Shown: positions 44,132 to 53,296 of the stretch, one piece after another
Numbering within the stretch: the first letter of the stretch is position 1
Layout: every line of letters starts with the position of its first letter
IMG/VR virus record: IMGVR_UViG_3300045988_123515
Span: 15,468 to 79,467 of that record
DNA: 64,000 bases
DNA from: a virus
Direction: 5' to 3' (one strand)
The notes under the pieces: model-generated
The model's database searches: none
Seen by the model: only the letters and a program-made list of their open reading frames with translations
What the model was told of the DNA's origin: nothing
Made by a program: the position numbers and the translations under genes

Positions 44132-46079
44132 GCTTGAGAACTATAAAAAGTATTCCAGCAAAACAGTTGAGTTATATAAAAAGACCAAGATTTCAGGACG
44201 CAATAAAGCAGGAAAATCCACGCTGATGGATGCGTATTTTGATACGCTAACAGGAAAATTAGCTGATGGTACATTGCCAAATGAAGTAAGAAAAAAAGAC
44301 AATGGAGTTGAAGTTGATAATCCAGTAGTCCGTGAGATTACGCTTTCTGTTGACGGTCAGGAAATGGTTATTCGAAAAGAAATCAAAAAAGGCAAGAACA
44401 ATAACACAACTTCCTATGAAATTGATGGTTTCAAAAGCAATAAAACGAAGTTTGAAGAGTTTTTAAAAGAGAATATTGCTGATCCGGATACGCTTCTGAT
44501 GTGTAGTAATGCCCGGGCATTTATCAATGAAATCTCAAAATCTACAGCTGATGCAAGAAAGACTTTATCAGATATTTCTGGATTTGATGAAAAGCAGATT
44601 GAAGGCTATGCAGATATTCAGAATATCACAAAAGGGCATCCGGTTGAGGAAGTTTTGAGGACATTGAGGGGTAATTTACGGAAGCAGGATAAAGCCGTTT
44701 CTAATAAGAAAGCAGTTATTAATAATGCAGAGGAAGAACTTTCAAAGATAAGTTCAGAATCTGTTGCAGATAAAGAATCCTTGCTGAAAGATAAAGCAAT
44801 TATTGATGAAAAAGAAGCTAAAATCGCCGATTTATCAAAAGCCTATGAAACAGCCCAGGGTGAAATCGAAAGTCTTAAAAAAGCAAGAAATGATTTTGAA
44901 AGAGCATCCGGTGAACAGCTTGGAAAGAAACATTCTGAAATTTTAAACATCGTTTCTGATAGAAAAATCAAGTTACAGGCTGACCAGAACGATTTAAGAA
45001 CTGCCAGAACAATCTTGTCCAACATGGAATCAGATGATGATTTAAAAAATAACGTTACAGATTTACAGGCACAGTATAAAGCAGTTTTTTCATCTGCATG
45101 GAATGATTCTGCATTAAAAGCTATCGAAGTAGAAGAATTTAATGAAGCAGAAGCCGTATGCCCGACTTGTGGACAGAAGTTGCTCCCAGAACAGGTTGAA
45201 AAATTAAAGGTAACATTTGAAGAAAACAAGCAGAAGAGAATCACTGAACAGTTTGAAGCAAAAGCTAAATTCGAACAGGACAAGAAACTCACTCTTGAAG
45301 AAATTACCAAAAGAGGAAATGAAGCCGTTAAACACAGAAAACAATGTTCAGAAGATCGCACAAAGCTGGAATCTGATATTTTAGAGATTGAGAAGCGTAT
45401 TGCAACTCTGACGGAAGAAATTCAGGCAAAAGAGAATGAATTGGAAGAAATTCCTACAAAAGTTGATTTATCTGCAAATGCTGAGTATCAGCAGATTCTG
45501 GCAGATATACAGAAGAAAGAAACTGAGCTTGCTGGGCTGAATAATTATTTTAAAGAGAGACAGGAAATCGCAAATAAGAAACTGGAACTTGCTAAAAAGA
45601 TTGCGGAAATCGAAACCACGGAGAAACTTATAAAAAAGCAGAAAGCAGACAAGCAGCAGTCAATTGCCAGTATGAAAGAAGAATTAAAAACATTAGGGCA
45701 GCAGTCAGCTGATATTCAAGGACAGATTGACAAGGTGATGAATTTTTCAATTCTGAAAAACAAGTTACTTGCCGAAAAGATTAATCCTTATTTCAAGCAT
45801 TTCCAGTTTAAATTCCTGGATTACACATCGGATAATGAACCGATTGAAACTTGCCGGATGATCTGCAATGGCATTGATTATATGAATGGCTTGAACCACT
45901 CTGATCAGATTTTGTGCAACATTGATTTAGTGGCAGGATTGCAGGAATTGAACGGATTAAAACTTCCAATTTGGGTTGATGATGTGGAATCCGTGAACGA
46001 AGAAAGATTGCCGGAATTAGAACAGCAGGTTATTTACTTGGAAGTATCAAAAGAAGAATTAAAAGTGGAGGAATTTTAA
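44103..46079 (+). CDS. Rad50/SbcC-like AAA ATPase with a CxxC zinc hook
   Basis: Walker A GRNKAGKST and a long coiled coil containing CPTCGQ. The C-terminus LPIWVDDVES is Walker B-like. Confidence 0.7.
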   Translation: MKTIELKRIELENYKKYSSKTVELYKKTKISGRNKAGKSTLMDAYFDTLTGKLADGTLPNEVRKKDNGVEVDNPVVREITLSVDGQEMVIRKEIKKGKNNNTTSYEIDGFKSNKTKFEEFLKENIADPDTLLMCSNARAFINEISKSTADARKTLSDISGFDEKQIEGYADIQNITKGHPVEEVLRTLRGNLRKQDKAVSNKKAVINNAEEELSKISSESVADKESLLKDKAIIDEKEAKIADLSKAYETAQGEIESLKKARNDFERASGEQLGKKHSEILNIVSDRKIKLQADQNDLRTARTILSNMESDDDLKNNVTDLQAQYKAVFSSAWNDSALKAIEVEEFNEAEAVCPTCGQKLLPEQVEKLKVTFEENKQKRITEQFEAKAKFEQDKKLTLEEITKRGNEAVKHRKQCSEDRTKLESDILEIEKRIATLTEEIQAKENELEEIPTKVDLSANAEYQQILADIQKKETELAGLNNYFKERQEIANKKLELAKKIAEIETTEKLIKKQKADKQQSIASMKEELKTLGQQSADIQGQIDKVMNFSILKNKLLAEKINPYFKHFQFKFLDYTSDNEPIETCRMICNGIDYMNGLNHSDQILCNIDLVAGLQELNGLKLPIWVDDVESVNEERLPELEQQVIYLEVSKEELKVEEF

Positions 46080-46313
46080 ATGGCTACTTATAACATTAAA
46101 GAAGCAATCAAAGCACAGGAACAGTATTGTGAAGAACATGAATTACCGCATTTTGCACCACGTAGCGGGGTTTGCTGGTCTTGTCATCAAAACATCTATT
46201 CAGAAAACGGATTCACAAGGTTTGGTGAGAAAACGAGTGGAATTTCAGTTGAGGGAGCAGGAAGTCATATGATTACCGGATGCCCGTTCTGTTACAGAAG
46301 CTATTGTGATTAA
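46080..46313 (+). CDS. small zinc-binding protein
   Basis: CWSC and CPFC pairs. Confidence 0.5.
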   Translation: MATYNIKEAIKAQEQYCEEHELPHFAPRSGVCWSCHQNIYSENGFTRFGEKTSGISVEGAGSHMITGCPFCYRSYCD

Positions 46314-46693
46314 GTAATTATTCTTTGCATGGCATTGGAATTGAATAGAACTGTATAGGCATGGAATGGTAACGCACAGTAACGATTAGTGGTGAAAAGG
46401 CAAAGTAAAGATTAGCAGAGGAAGGGCAAGGCAACGTAGCGACGGGAGATGAGCAGAAATGGAATTGAATAGCGCAGCACAGCCAAGGAACAGAACAGAA
46501 CAGATTGGCTTAGTAATGCATGGGCAGTGAATAGTACCGCAAAGTAACGGAAACGCATTGTAGAGTTGAGCCATGCGCGGCAGAGGAGTTGATAGGTGAT
46601 GCATGGCAATGTATTGGAAAAGCGTCGTCTGGCGCTGCGCCGGAGAAGCCTGGTTTAGAGCAGTATTAAAAAATAATAAAGGAGAAAATTGAG
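46314..46693 (+). other. 380-bp non-coding, C-poor, motif-rich region R1
   Basis: No + strand ORF. TGGAATTGAATAG occurs twice (46336, 46460). Recurrent GCATGG, ATTGG and GAATAG words are shared with R2. Confidence 0.6.
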
Positions 46694-47290
46694 ATGAAAG
46701 AAATGAAAGTTAGATTAACATTTTTAGAGGAAGTTTTGGGAACAGCAAATGCGGAAAAAGATATTCATGAGAAGTTTATTGCATCAAAAGCACCAGATGC
46801 ACCTTCCAGAGAACAGGAAGTTGAAGCTTTAGGAATTGAAGAAGTTATCGAAAAAGGTCGAACAGTATTTCCGAAAGATGAAAATGGCAATCCGTTCCTT
46901 TGGGACTACCAGATCAGGGGATTCTTTAAGTCAGCTGCACAGGCCGGTTCCTATATCGGAGGAGCAAAGAAACTTGCAGCTTATAAGAAAAAAATTGACT
47001 TACTGGTATTTGTAAACGAACGCAAAATTCCGTTTATTCTTCCAGAAGGTACATTGCTTTCTGACTGTCAAAGGCCACTAAGAGCGCAGACAGCACAGGG
47101 CGAACGAATTTCGTTGGCAGATAGTGAAACAGTACCAGCAGGATCAACAGTAGAATTTACAATCAGGGTACTTGATGATTCGCTCATGAAATATGTAATC
47201 GACTGGCTTGATTATGGAAGATACAACGGTATTGGTCAGTGGCGAAACTCAGGGAAAGGCCGATACACATGGACTGAAATCACCGAATAA
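46694..47290 (+). CDS. 198-aa protein of unknown function with a C-terminal glycine-rich loop
   Basis: Strong RBS. The C-terminal GIGQWRNSGKG resembles the GhGxxxxxGhG loop of RAMP proteins. This rests on a single motif only. Confidence 0.6.
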   Translation: MKEMKVRLTFLEEVLGTANAEKDIHEKFIASKAPDAPSREQEVEALGIEEVIEKGRTVFPKDENGNPFLWDYQIRGFFKSAAQAGSYIGGAKKLAAYKKKIDLLVFVNERKIPFILPEGTLLSDCQRPLRAQTAQGERISLADSETVPAGSTVEFTIRVLDDSLMKYVIDWLDYGRYNGIGQWRNSGKGRYTWTEITE

Positions 47291-47738
47291 GCTACGGCAT
47301 GGCTGAATGTAGCTATGACAGGCAAAGCAAAGGTGTGGAATCGCGGTGATTAGACATGCTATGGAGTAGATTGGATATGTAACACATTGAGTTGTAACGG
47401 AATTGCTTAGAATTGAGAGGCATGGGCAGAGCAAGGCATAGAGAAGTTATGGAATAGTAAAGAGCCGATACGTTTTGGCGAAGCATTGCAACGAATTGTT
47501 GTGTATTGGCAAAGTATGGAGAGGCACAGCAAGGCAGAGGTGTTGAGTAGTTAAGATGGGAACCGCTTTGGAACAGTTGTGCTAAGTGAAACGTTGTGAT
47601 GGATTGGCGTAGTTCAGCACTGTTTTGCTGTGATTTGTTTGGGAGTGGAGGAGTTTTGAAATGCAAAAGCGAAGTGTAGTGCTAAACAGAAATGCAAACA
47701 AAAAATGAGTTAATCAATATAAGAAAAGGAGAATTAAA
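47291..47738 (+). other. 448-bp non-coding, motif-rich region R2
   Basis: It shares with R1 the words GCATGGGCAG, GATTGGC(T/G)TAGT, TGTATTGG(A/C)AAAG and GGCAGAGGnGTTGA. Confidence 0.6.
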
Positions 47739-48842
47739 ATGGCGGAAAACACACAGGTAGCAAATTTTAACACACAGCTTTCCTACTACACAAATCGTTA
47801 TGTCGATTTAATGGAAAGAGATTTAACTTCAAGAGGAATGGAATTTGATTCTTACTCAAAAGATTGTGTAGTGGCAGCAATGGGATCTATTTTCCAGATG
47901 GTGCATGAGAGCGGCGTCAATTTTGACACAATCAACGGTTCTAATCTTAAATTTATTCTGAGCAAGGTAGCAGCATTGAAATTGAACGCAAACGCACAGC
48001 CAAGAGAATGCTATTTCCAGATTAGAAACGTAAATGTAGCAGCGAAAGGGCAGAAACCTCAGTGGGAAAAGAAAATTGAGTTTGCGATTGAAGGCGACGG
48101 AAACGATGCTCTTGTAAGTAGATATGGTGTCAATGTAGCTAAAGTATTTCCATATTGGAAAGTCAGAGAGGGTGATAAGTATATCCCACCGAGACATAAA
48201 GGTGTGGAGATTACACCGCCGGAATGGGAAGAATCTGGAATTGGAAAAGTAGTTCGCGTCGTATATCCAATTCAGTACAAAGATGGTCACGTTGAATACC
48301 TTTCTTGTGAAAGAGCAGATGTATTAAAAAATCTTGCAGCACATATCAAGAATAATCTTCAGAACGAAACATTTGGTATTTGTGCGGACAGATACAAAGC
48401 TACAGATGCACAGAAAGCTCAGATTGAAGCAAAGAAAAAAGAAGTTATGAAAAAGGTTGCTGATATTGGGGAACTGGAAGCAATCATTGATTGCGAGGAG
48501 TTAAGACCGTATATTTCACCGTCTTATTATGAAACACAATCCAGAGAATCTATGATTATCCGCAAAATGCGTAACAACATCATGAAGTCTATTCCTAAGA
48601 AATGGGATAATCCGGTGCAAGCTTATGAATATAACACGATGGACGCTACATACAGAGAAGTACAGGAAGAAATCGAGCAGAACGCTAACACCGAAGAATT
48701 TATTCCAGAGCCAATGGCAATCGAAGAACAGCCGAAACAGCCGACAGTTGCAGAAGTCGTTAAGAAAGCCGAGAAAGGACCAGTTCCAGCAGCAGTTGTC
48801 GAGCCAGAGATTCCGGATTTTATGAAGCAGGAGGAAATGTGA
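47739..48842 (+). CDS. RecT/Red-beta-like single-strand annealing protein
   Basis: QPRECYFQIRN...IEFAIEGDGNDALVSRYG...VREGDKY follows the RecT core pattern. Confidence 0.55.
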   Translation: MAENTQVANFNTQLSYYTNRYVDLMERDLTSRGMEFDSYSKDCVVAAMGSIFQMVHESGVNFDTINGSNLKFILSKVAALKLNANAQPRECYFQIRNVNVAAKGQKPQWEKKIEFAIEGDGNDALVSRYGVNVAKVFPYWKVREGDKYIPPRHKGVEITPPEWEESGIGKVVRVVYPIQYKDGHVEYLSCERADVLKNLAAHIKNNLQNETFGICADRYKATDAQKAQIEAKKKEVMKKVADIGELEAIIDCEELRPYISPSYYETQSRESMIIRKMRNNIMKSIPKKWDNPVQAYEYNTMDATYREVQEEIEQNANTEEFIPEPMAIEEQPKQPTVAEVVKKAEKGPVPAAVVEPEIPDFMKQEEM

Positions 48843-48843
48843 T

Positions 48844-49449
48844 ATGAACAATAAAGAAATTTTACAGAAAGCAAAGGAACTCGTTGAACTGTTGGAAAAA
48901 CAGGAAGAAGCTGGCAAGGTTGCACTGTCAACATTGAATCCTGGTGATGTGTTCCAAACCACCGGAAAACGCAAATACAAGGTTCTGGAACAGTATGGAG
49001 ATACAACGAAAATTATTTCGCTTGATCTGGTGAAAGAAAATGTGAGATTCGGAGACAACACGGATTACAACAAATCAAATGTAAAGAAATTGTGTGATAC
49101 AGAAATCTTAAAGGATTTTGAGAAAGAATTTGGTGCTGAAAGCATCGAAGAGCATACGGTAGATATTATTACCGCGGATGGACAGAAAGTAGGAAACACT
49201 GAATGTAAAATCCGTCCGATTACATTTGATGAAGCACGAGAATACACAGATATTACACCGAATAAGAAGTTGAACGACTGGTATTGGACACTATCACCGT
49301 GGTCAACGGAAGAACGTGGATGGAAGAACTGTTTAGCCGTTGTTTCCCCTTCGGGCGATTTCTTCAGGCTCAGTTACGTCATTGTAAACGGTGTTCGCCC
49401 AGTTTGTATCTTAAAATCTAATATCTTTGTATCTAAGGTGGAGGAATGA
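48844..49449 (+). CDS. DGR target protein 1 (C-terminal variable ligand-binding fold, DUF6273/CLec-like)
   Basis: WYWTLSPWS...AVVSPSGDFFRLSYVIVNGVRPVCIL. No signal peptide. Confidence 0.8.
   Translation: MNNKEILQKAKELVELLEKQEEAGKVALSTLNPGDVFQTTGKRKYKVLEQYGDTTKIISLDLVKENVRFGDNTDYNKSNVKKLCDTEILKDFEKEFGAESIEEHTVDIITADGQKVGNTECKIRPITFDEAREYTDITPNKKLNDWYWTLSPWSTEERGWKNCLAVVSPSGDFFRLSYVIVNGVRPVCILKSNIFVSKVEE
49337..49401 (+). repeat. VR1
   Basis: Versus TR it has 11 substitutions at TR adenines plus 1 at a T. Confidence 0.9.
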
Positions 49450-49451
49450 AA

Positions 49452-50051
49452 ATGAAGAAAAATCTGAAATATTTTGAAGATGAATTATCCAGATTAAGTA
49501 AAGAGTTTACGGAATTCAAGAAAAAGCACATCGGAAAGCCGGAAATCGGAAAAGCTATTGAACTTGCAGGTATGGAATGGCTGATTCTGGATAAGACAGA
49601 AAAAGGATATTTTGCCATTTTGAATGGATTTGATGGAAAAGAAAGAACATTTGATTCAGATTCAAATAACTGGATTTCGAGTAAACTGAGAAATGAGTTA
49701 AATACTCGTTTTCTTAAAAAAATTACGGACGAGTTGGGAGAAGATGCAGTTGTTGAGTTTGATCGTGATTTGCTTTCTTTGGACGGGCAGACAGAATATG
49801 GACATTGTAAAGATAAGATTTCGTTTTTGACGGTGGATGAATACCGGAAATACAGAAAACTTCTTCCAAATATGAGCGAATGGTGGTGGCTTATTACTCC
49901 ATGGAGTACACCAGCAAATAATTACAGTACAATAATTGCCGTTGTTTCCCCTTCGGGCATTATCTACGGGAGCGGTTACTACGGTGGGGACGGTGTTCGC
50001 CCAGTTTGTATCTTTTCTTCTTCAATCTTTGAATCAGGAAGTGATGATTGA
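49452..50051 (+). CDS. DGR target protein 2 (paralogue)
   Basis: WWWLITPWS...AVVSPSGIIYGSGYYGGDGVRPVCIF. The start was chosen 7 nt after GGAGG. Confidence 0.8.
   Translation: MKKNLKYFEDELSRLSKEFTEFKKKHIGKPEIGKAIELAGMEWLILDKTEKGYFAILNGFDGKERTFDSDSNNWISSKLRNELNTRFLKKITDELGEDAVVEFDRDLLSLDGQTEYGHCKDKISFLTVDEYRKYRKLLPNMSEWWWLITPWSTPANNYSTIIAVVSPSGIIYGSGYYGGDGVRPVCIFSSSIFESGSDD
49939..50003 (+). repeat. VR2
   Basis: Versus TR it has 12 substitutions at TR adenines plus the same T-to-G change. Confidence 0.9.
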
Positions 50052-50422
50052 TGGCGAATGAAGATTTAAAGGTAATAACAAAGGCCAAGCAACTTGCAAA
50101 GCATACATTAATAGTTACGAGTAATGCCAGACGCTACCCAAAGAAATACAGGTTTTCACTGGTAGATAAAATGCAGAACAAAGCTCTTGAAATATATGAG
50201 ATGCTTTTTGAAGCCAACAGAACCGACTTGAAAGATTATAAAAGAGAGCGCTTGGAACTCCAAACAAGAGCAATTACTCACTGCGATGAACTGATGTATT
50301 TTATAGAACTTTCATATGAATTAGGAATTATCAATTCTGGCGGAATGGAAGCCTGGTCGCAAATGGTTAAGGACATAAAGTACATGACTATTTCGTGGAG
50401 GACTAAAGACAGGAACAGATAA
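50051..50422 (+). CDS. avd: accessory variability determinant (Avd-like four-helix bundle)
   Basis: 123-aa basic helical protein between the targets and the TR. Sequence ITKAKQLAKHTLIVTSNARRYPKKYRFSLVDKMQ. Confidence 0.7.
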   Translation: MANEDLKVITKAKQLAKHTLIVTSNARRYPKKYRFSLVDKMQNKALEIYEMLFEANRTDLKDYKRERLELQTRAITHCDELMYFIELSYELGIINSGGMEAWSQMVKDIKYMTISWRTKDRNR

Positions 50423-50447
50423 TTTTACAGGTTGTGCACTGCGAATA

Positions 50448-50512
50448 CCGTTGTTTCCCCTTCGGGCAATATCAACAGTAACAATTACAACAATGAAAAC
50501 GGTGTTCGCCCA
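50448..50512 (+). repeat. DGR template repeat (TR)
   Basis: The core reads AAT ATC AAC AGT AAC AAT TAC AAC AAT GAA AAC, with 19 adenines in 33 nt. It is non-coding, and ORF 50432..50746 across it is spurious. Confidence 0.9.
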
Positions 50513-50571
50513 ACATGGATCACATGCAGACAGAGTAAGCATAAAGCTGAAATCAGTAAAGATACAAGCAA

Positions 50572-51636
50572 ATGCATAACCTTTCCGCAATGGATAAATA
50601 TAAAGGAACAAAGCAGATGGATAAAGAAATTGTTGCAAATTTTGAGAATTTATATTGTTCTTACAAAAAGGTTAAGAGCGGTAAGAAATTCAATTCAGGA
50701 ACTGCAAGGTTTTCTAATTTGTCTCTTGAAGGTATTCATCTTCTGAAGGAACAATTGGAAAGCCAAACGTATACCATAAATCCGTATAATAAATTTCAGA
50801 TTCATGAGCCGAAAGAACGAACGATAGAATCATGCGCATTTAAGGACAAAGTAGTGCAGAGATGCTTTTCTGATTACATTCTGACACCAAAACTTGAAAA
50901 TATCCTGATTAAATGGAACACTGCCGGACAGCAAGGAAAAGGACACCACATGGCAATGGACGGGCTAAGAAATCAGATGTTGGATTTCTACAAAATGAAT
51001 GGGTTGAATGGCTGGATTGTAAAATGTGACATTCATAAATATTTTTACAGCATAGATCATGAAATCACGAAAGATGTTTTGGATTATTACTTTAATGATG
51101 ATTTTACAGTCTGGTTGAACCATTTGTTTATTGACAGCACAGATAATCCAGGATTGCCATTAGGAAATCAAGTAAATCAGAAATACGCATTGTTACTGCT
51201 TCATTCGTTAGATCAAATGATAACGATTGAATTTGGAAATCCATATTACGGACGATACAACGATGATTTTTACACAGTGTGTAAAACGAAAGAAGATGCC
51301 AGAGAAATCCTTGAAGCAATCCGAATGATGGTCGAAAGCCTTGGACTGGAATTAAACCCAAAGTCGCAAATCGTACCATTTCGCATGGGCTTGTGTTATC
51401 TGGGCTTTCACCATTACGTGACTGATGAAGGAAAATATATCAGAAAATTGCGGGGTGATAAGAAAAGAAAAACTCAGAAAAAGGTTCGTAGATGGGTTCG
51501 TGCATTAAATGAAGAAAAGATGCCGATAGAAAAATTCAATGAAAAATATGAAGCATGCAAGAATCATATGCTTCATGGAAACTGTATCAAATTATGCCAT
51601 AGTATGGATTTGGAAATTGAAAGGAGAACGAAATGA
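50572..51636 (+). CDS. DGR reverse transcriptase
   Basis: HEPKERTIESCAFKDKVVQ, LPLGNQVNQ (DGR-type GxxxSQ-like) and YGRYNDDFY (YxDD box). The start is uncertain, with alternatives at 50590 and 50617. Confidence 0.85.
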   Translation: MHNLSAMDKYKGTKQMDKEIVANFENLYCSYKKVKSGKKFNSGTARFSNLSLEGIHLLKEQLESQTYTINPYNKFQIHEPKERTIESCAFKDKVVQRCFSDYILTPKLENILIKWNTAGQQGKGHHMAMDGLRNQMLDFYKMNGLNGWIVKCDIHKYFYSIDHEITKDVLDYYFNDDFTVWLNHLFIDSTDNPGLPLGNQVNQKYALLLLHSLDQMITIEFGNPYYGRYNDDFYTVCKTKEDAREILEAIRMMVESLGLELNPKSQIVPFRMGLCYLGFHHYVTDEGKYIRKLRGDKKRKTQKKVRRWVRALNEEKMPIEKFNEKYEACKNHMLHGNCIKLCHSMDLEIERRTK

Positions 51637-51875
51637 GATTAATTAGTCAGAATGGAGAATTTGATGTTCCTTATGAAATTACATCGTTAAGCAGAACTGG
51701 AAATATCATAAGAGCATATGTACCGATGGTAGGTGAAAAAGGAACAGTCATGGCTTGTTATTCGACAGATGAAAAAGCCATGCAGGTTATGGAAATGTTA
51801 CACGATGCTTATCATGATGTAAAAAAATCCAATAATTCATCAGCATTGTATTTTCCAAAGGATGATGAAGTATGA
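51633..51875 (+). CDS. hypothetical protein
   Basis: 80-aa ORF with an overlapping start. Confidence 0.5.
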   Translation: MRLISQNGEFDVPYEITSLSRTGNIIRAYVPMVGEKGTVMACYSTDEKAMQVMEMLHDAYHDVKKSNNSSALYFPKDDEV

Positions 51876-52060
51876 AATGCAAGTATTGCAGGCCTGTCAG
51901 AGATGATAACGAAGAATTGATTTATACAGAAGTTAATGGAGACTGCATTAATTTTACGCAAATCAGATATAAAGGTGGAGAATACAGACTTTATACATCG
52001 AATGCATTCATCAAGATTAATTACTGTCCGATATGTGGAAGAAAATTGAAAGCGAGGTGA
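51872..52060 (+). CDS. zinc-ribbon protein
   Basis: CKYC...CPICG. Confidence 0.5.
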   Translation: MKCKYCRPVRDDNEELIYTEVNGDCINFTQIRYKGGEYRLYTSNAFIKINYCPICGRKLKAR

Positions 52061-52066
52061 TGTCGT

Positions 52067-52834
52067 TTGTTCATGCGAGTAATTTCAACAGGAAGTACCA
52101 AAGGAAATTGTTACGCTTTGCAGTCAAGTACAGGCGAGATTGTTCTTCTTGACTGCGGATGCAATTACAAAAAAATTCTTAGAGGGATTGATTACCAGAT
52201 AAGCAATGTTGAAGCTGTACTTCTTTCGCATGGGCACGGAGATCATACCGAAGCATTCAAGGAAATAATGGATGCAGGCATTCAGATTTACACCAATGAT
52301 GAAACAATGGAACATTTAAAAATCATCACAGGTGAATTGATGAAAAGTGTTCTGGAAAGATATCCATTTAGAGTCGGTTCGTTTAACGTGATTCCATTTG
52401 AATTGCCGCATACGACATATGATAAGGAAGCAAATCAGCTTATCCCTTGCTCGAACTATGGATATCTGGTGGAGCATAAGGAAATGGGGAAACTTCTGTA
52501 TATGACTGATTTCGAGTATTGCATATATAGTTTCCGCAAGATGAAAATTGAACATCTGGTAATCGAATGCAATTACTGCGAAGAATTGGTGGACAAGGCA
52601 GAAGCTAATTACAGTCATAGATTAAAGGGGCATTGCTCTTTATCAACTTGTAAGCAATTCATTAAGCAAAACCGCACAGAATCACTTCGGACGGTAACAC
52701 TGGTGCATTTGAGCGGTCAAGCGTCAGATGCCCATAAAATACAGCAAGAAATACAAGAAGTCGTAGGAAACAATGTTCTGGTTCAGATCGGACGGGCTGG
52801 ACTGGAAGTTGATTTGAATTTATGCCCGTTCTGA
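52067..52834 (+). CDS. metallo-beta-lactamase-fold hydrolase
   Basis: The LLSHGHGDH motif. Confidence 0.75.
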   Translation: MFMRVISTGSTKGNCYALQSSTGEIVLLDCGCNYKKILRGIDYQISNVEAVLLSHGHGDHTEAFKEIMDAGIQIYTNDETMEHLKIITGELMKSVLERYPFRVGSFNVIPFELPHTTYDKEANQLIPCSNYGYLVEHKEMGKLLYMTDFEYCIYSFRKMKIEHLVIECNYCEELVDKAEANYSHRLKGHCSLSTCKQFIKQNRTESLRTVTLVHLSGQASDAHKIQQEIQEVVGNNVLVQIGRAGLEVDLNLCPF

Positions 52835-52845
52835 AAGGAGATAGG

Positions 52846-53115
52846 ATGACAAATTTTAAAAATTGGAAAGAGGTTACGAAAGGGCTTTACAGATACGTTG
52901 TTTCATCAAATGTTGCATACGAAATTCACATCAAATATTGGGACATGGACACAGACGTTTTAACTGCGAATGCAAGTCTGTACATTGTTGGTGATTGGCG
53001 TTCGAGAGATGGAAAAAACACAAGAGAAAGAAAGTGTTTACTTGAATCTGCGCCTGTCATGGCTTGCTTAGCCAAAGCAGAAGAAGATGATTTGGAAAAT
53101 AATACTGAATCATAA
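52846..53115 (+). CDS. hypothetical protein
   Basis: AAAGGAG RBS before MTNFKNW. Confidence 0.5.
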   Translation: MTNFKNWKEVTKGLYRYVVSSNVAYEIHIKYWDMDTDVLTANASLYIVGDWRSRDGKNTRERKCLLESAPVMACLAKAEEDDLENNTES

Positions 53116-53128
53116 AAGGAGAATAACT

Positions 53129-53296
53129 ATGGAACATTTCTTAGAATCACTTAAAAAATTAAAGAAGCCGTCAACTCACAGCAATCCAGAGGAAGTTGAC
53201 CCGCTGTTCTGTCGGTATAACAAGGGTTGGAACGATGCAATCGAAAAGGTCGAGAAACTGTTTGCAACGATTTCTAAGGAGAATAAGGATGAATAA
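53129..53296 (+). CDS. hypothetical protein (55 aa)
   Basis: AAAGGAG RBS before MEHFLESL. Confidence 0.45.
   Translation: MEHFLESLKKLKKPSTHSNPEEVDPLFCRYNKGWNDAIEKVEKLFATISKENKDE

Larger units (their letters stand above)
48844..51636 (+). mobile_element. diversity-generating retroelement: target1(VR1), target2(VR2), avd, TR, RT
   Basis: Three 65-nt repeats have identical flanks, and the central differences fall almost only at TR adenines. The RT carries GxxxNQ and NDD motifs. Confidence 0.9.

Noticed and set aside
46386-47666. Minus-strand ORFs in the two non-coding gaps (46386..46604, 46412..46609, 47249..47434, 47313..47666)
   Set aside because: Two overlapping frames are open at once. 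The composition is Leu/Cys/Pro/Ser-rich and there is no RBS. This is best explained by the strong G-over-C skew of the + strand removing minus-strand stop codons.
46314-47738. Degenerate CRISPR array or tandem repeat
   Set aside because: There are no regularly spaced identical repeats or a unit length. Only short shared words occur at irregular spacing.
48516-49061. 181-aa and 127-aa minus-strand ORFs
   Set aside because: They are antisense to the end of the RecT-like gene and the start of DGR target 1. They are shadow ORFs.
50432-50746. 104-aa + strand ORF
   Set aside because: It covers the DGR template repeat and the 5' end of the RT gene. TR is a non-coding template, and the N-rich 'protein' simply reflects the AAY-rich TR.
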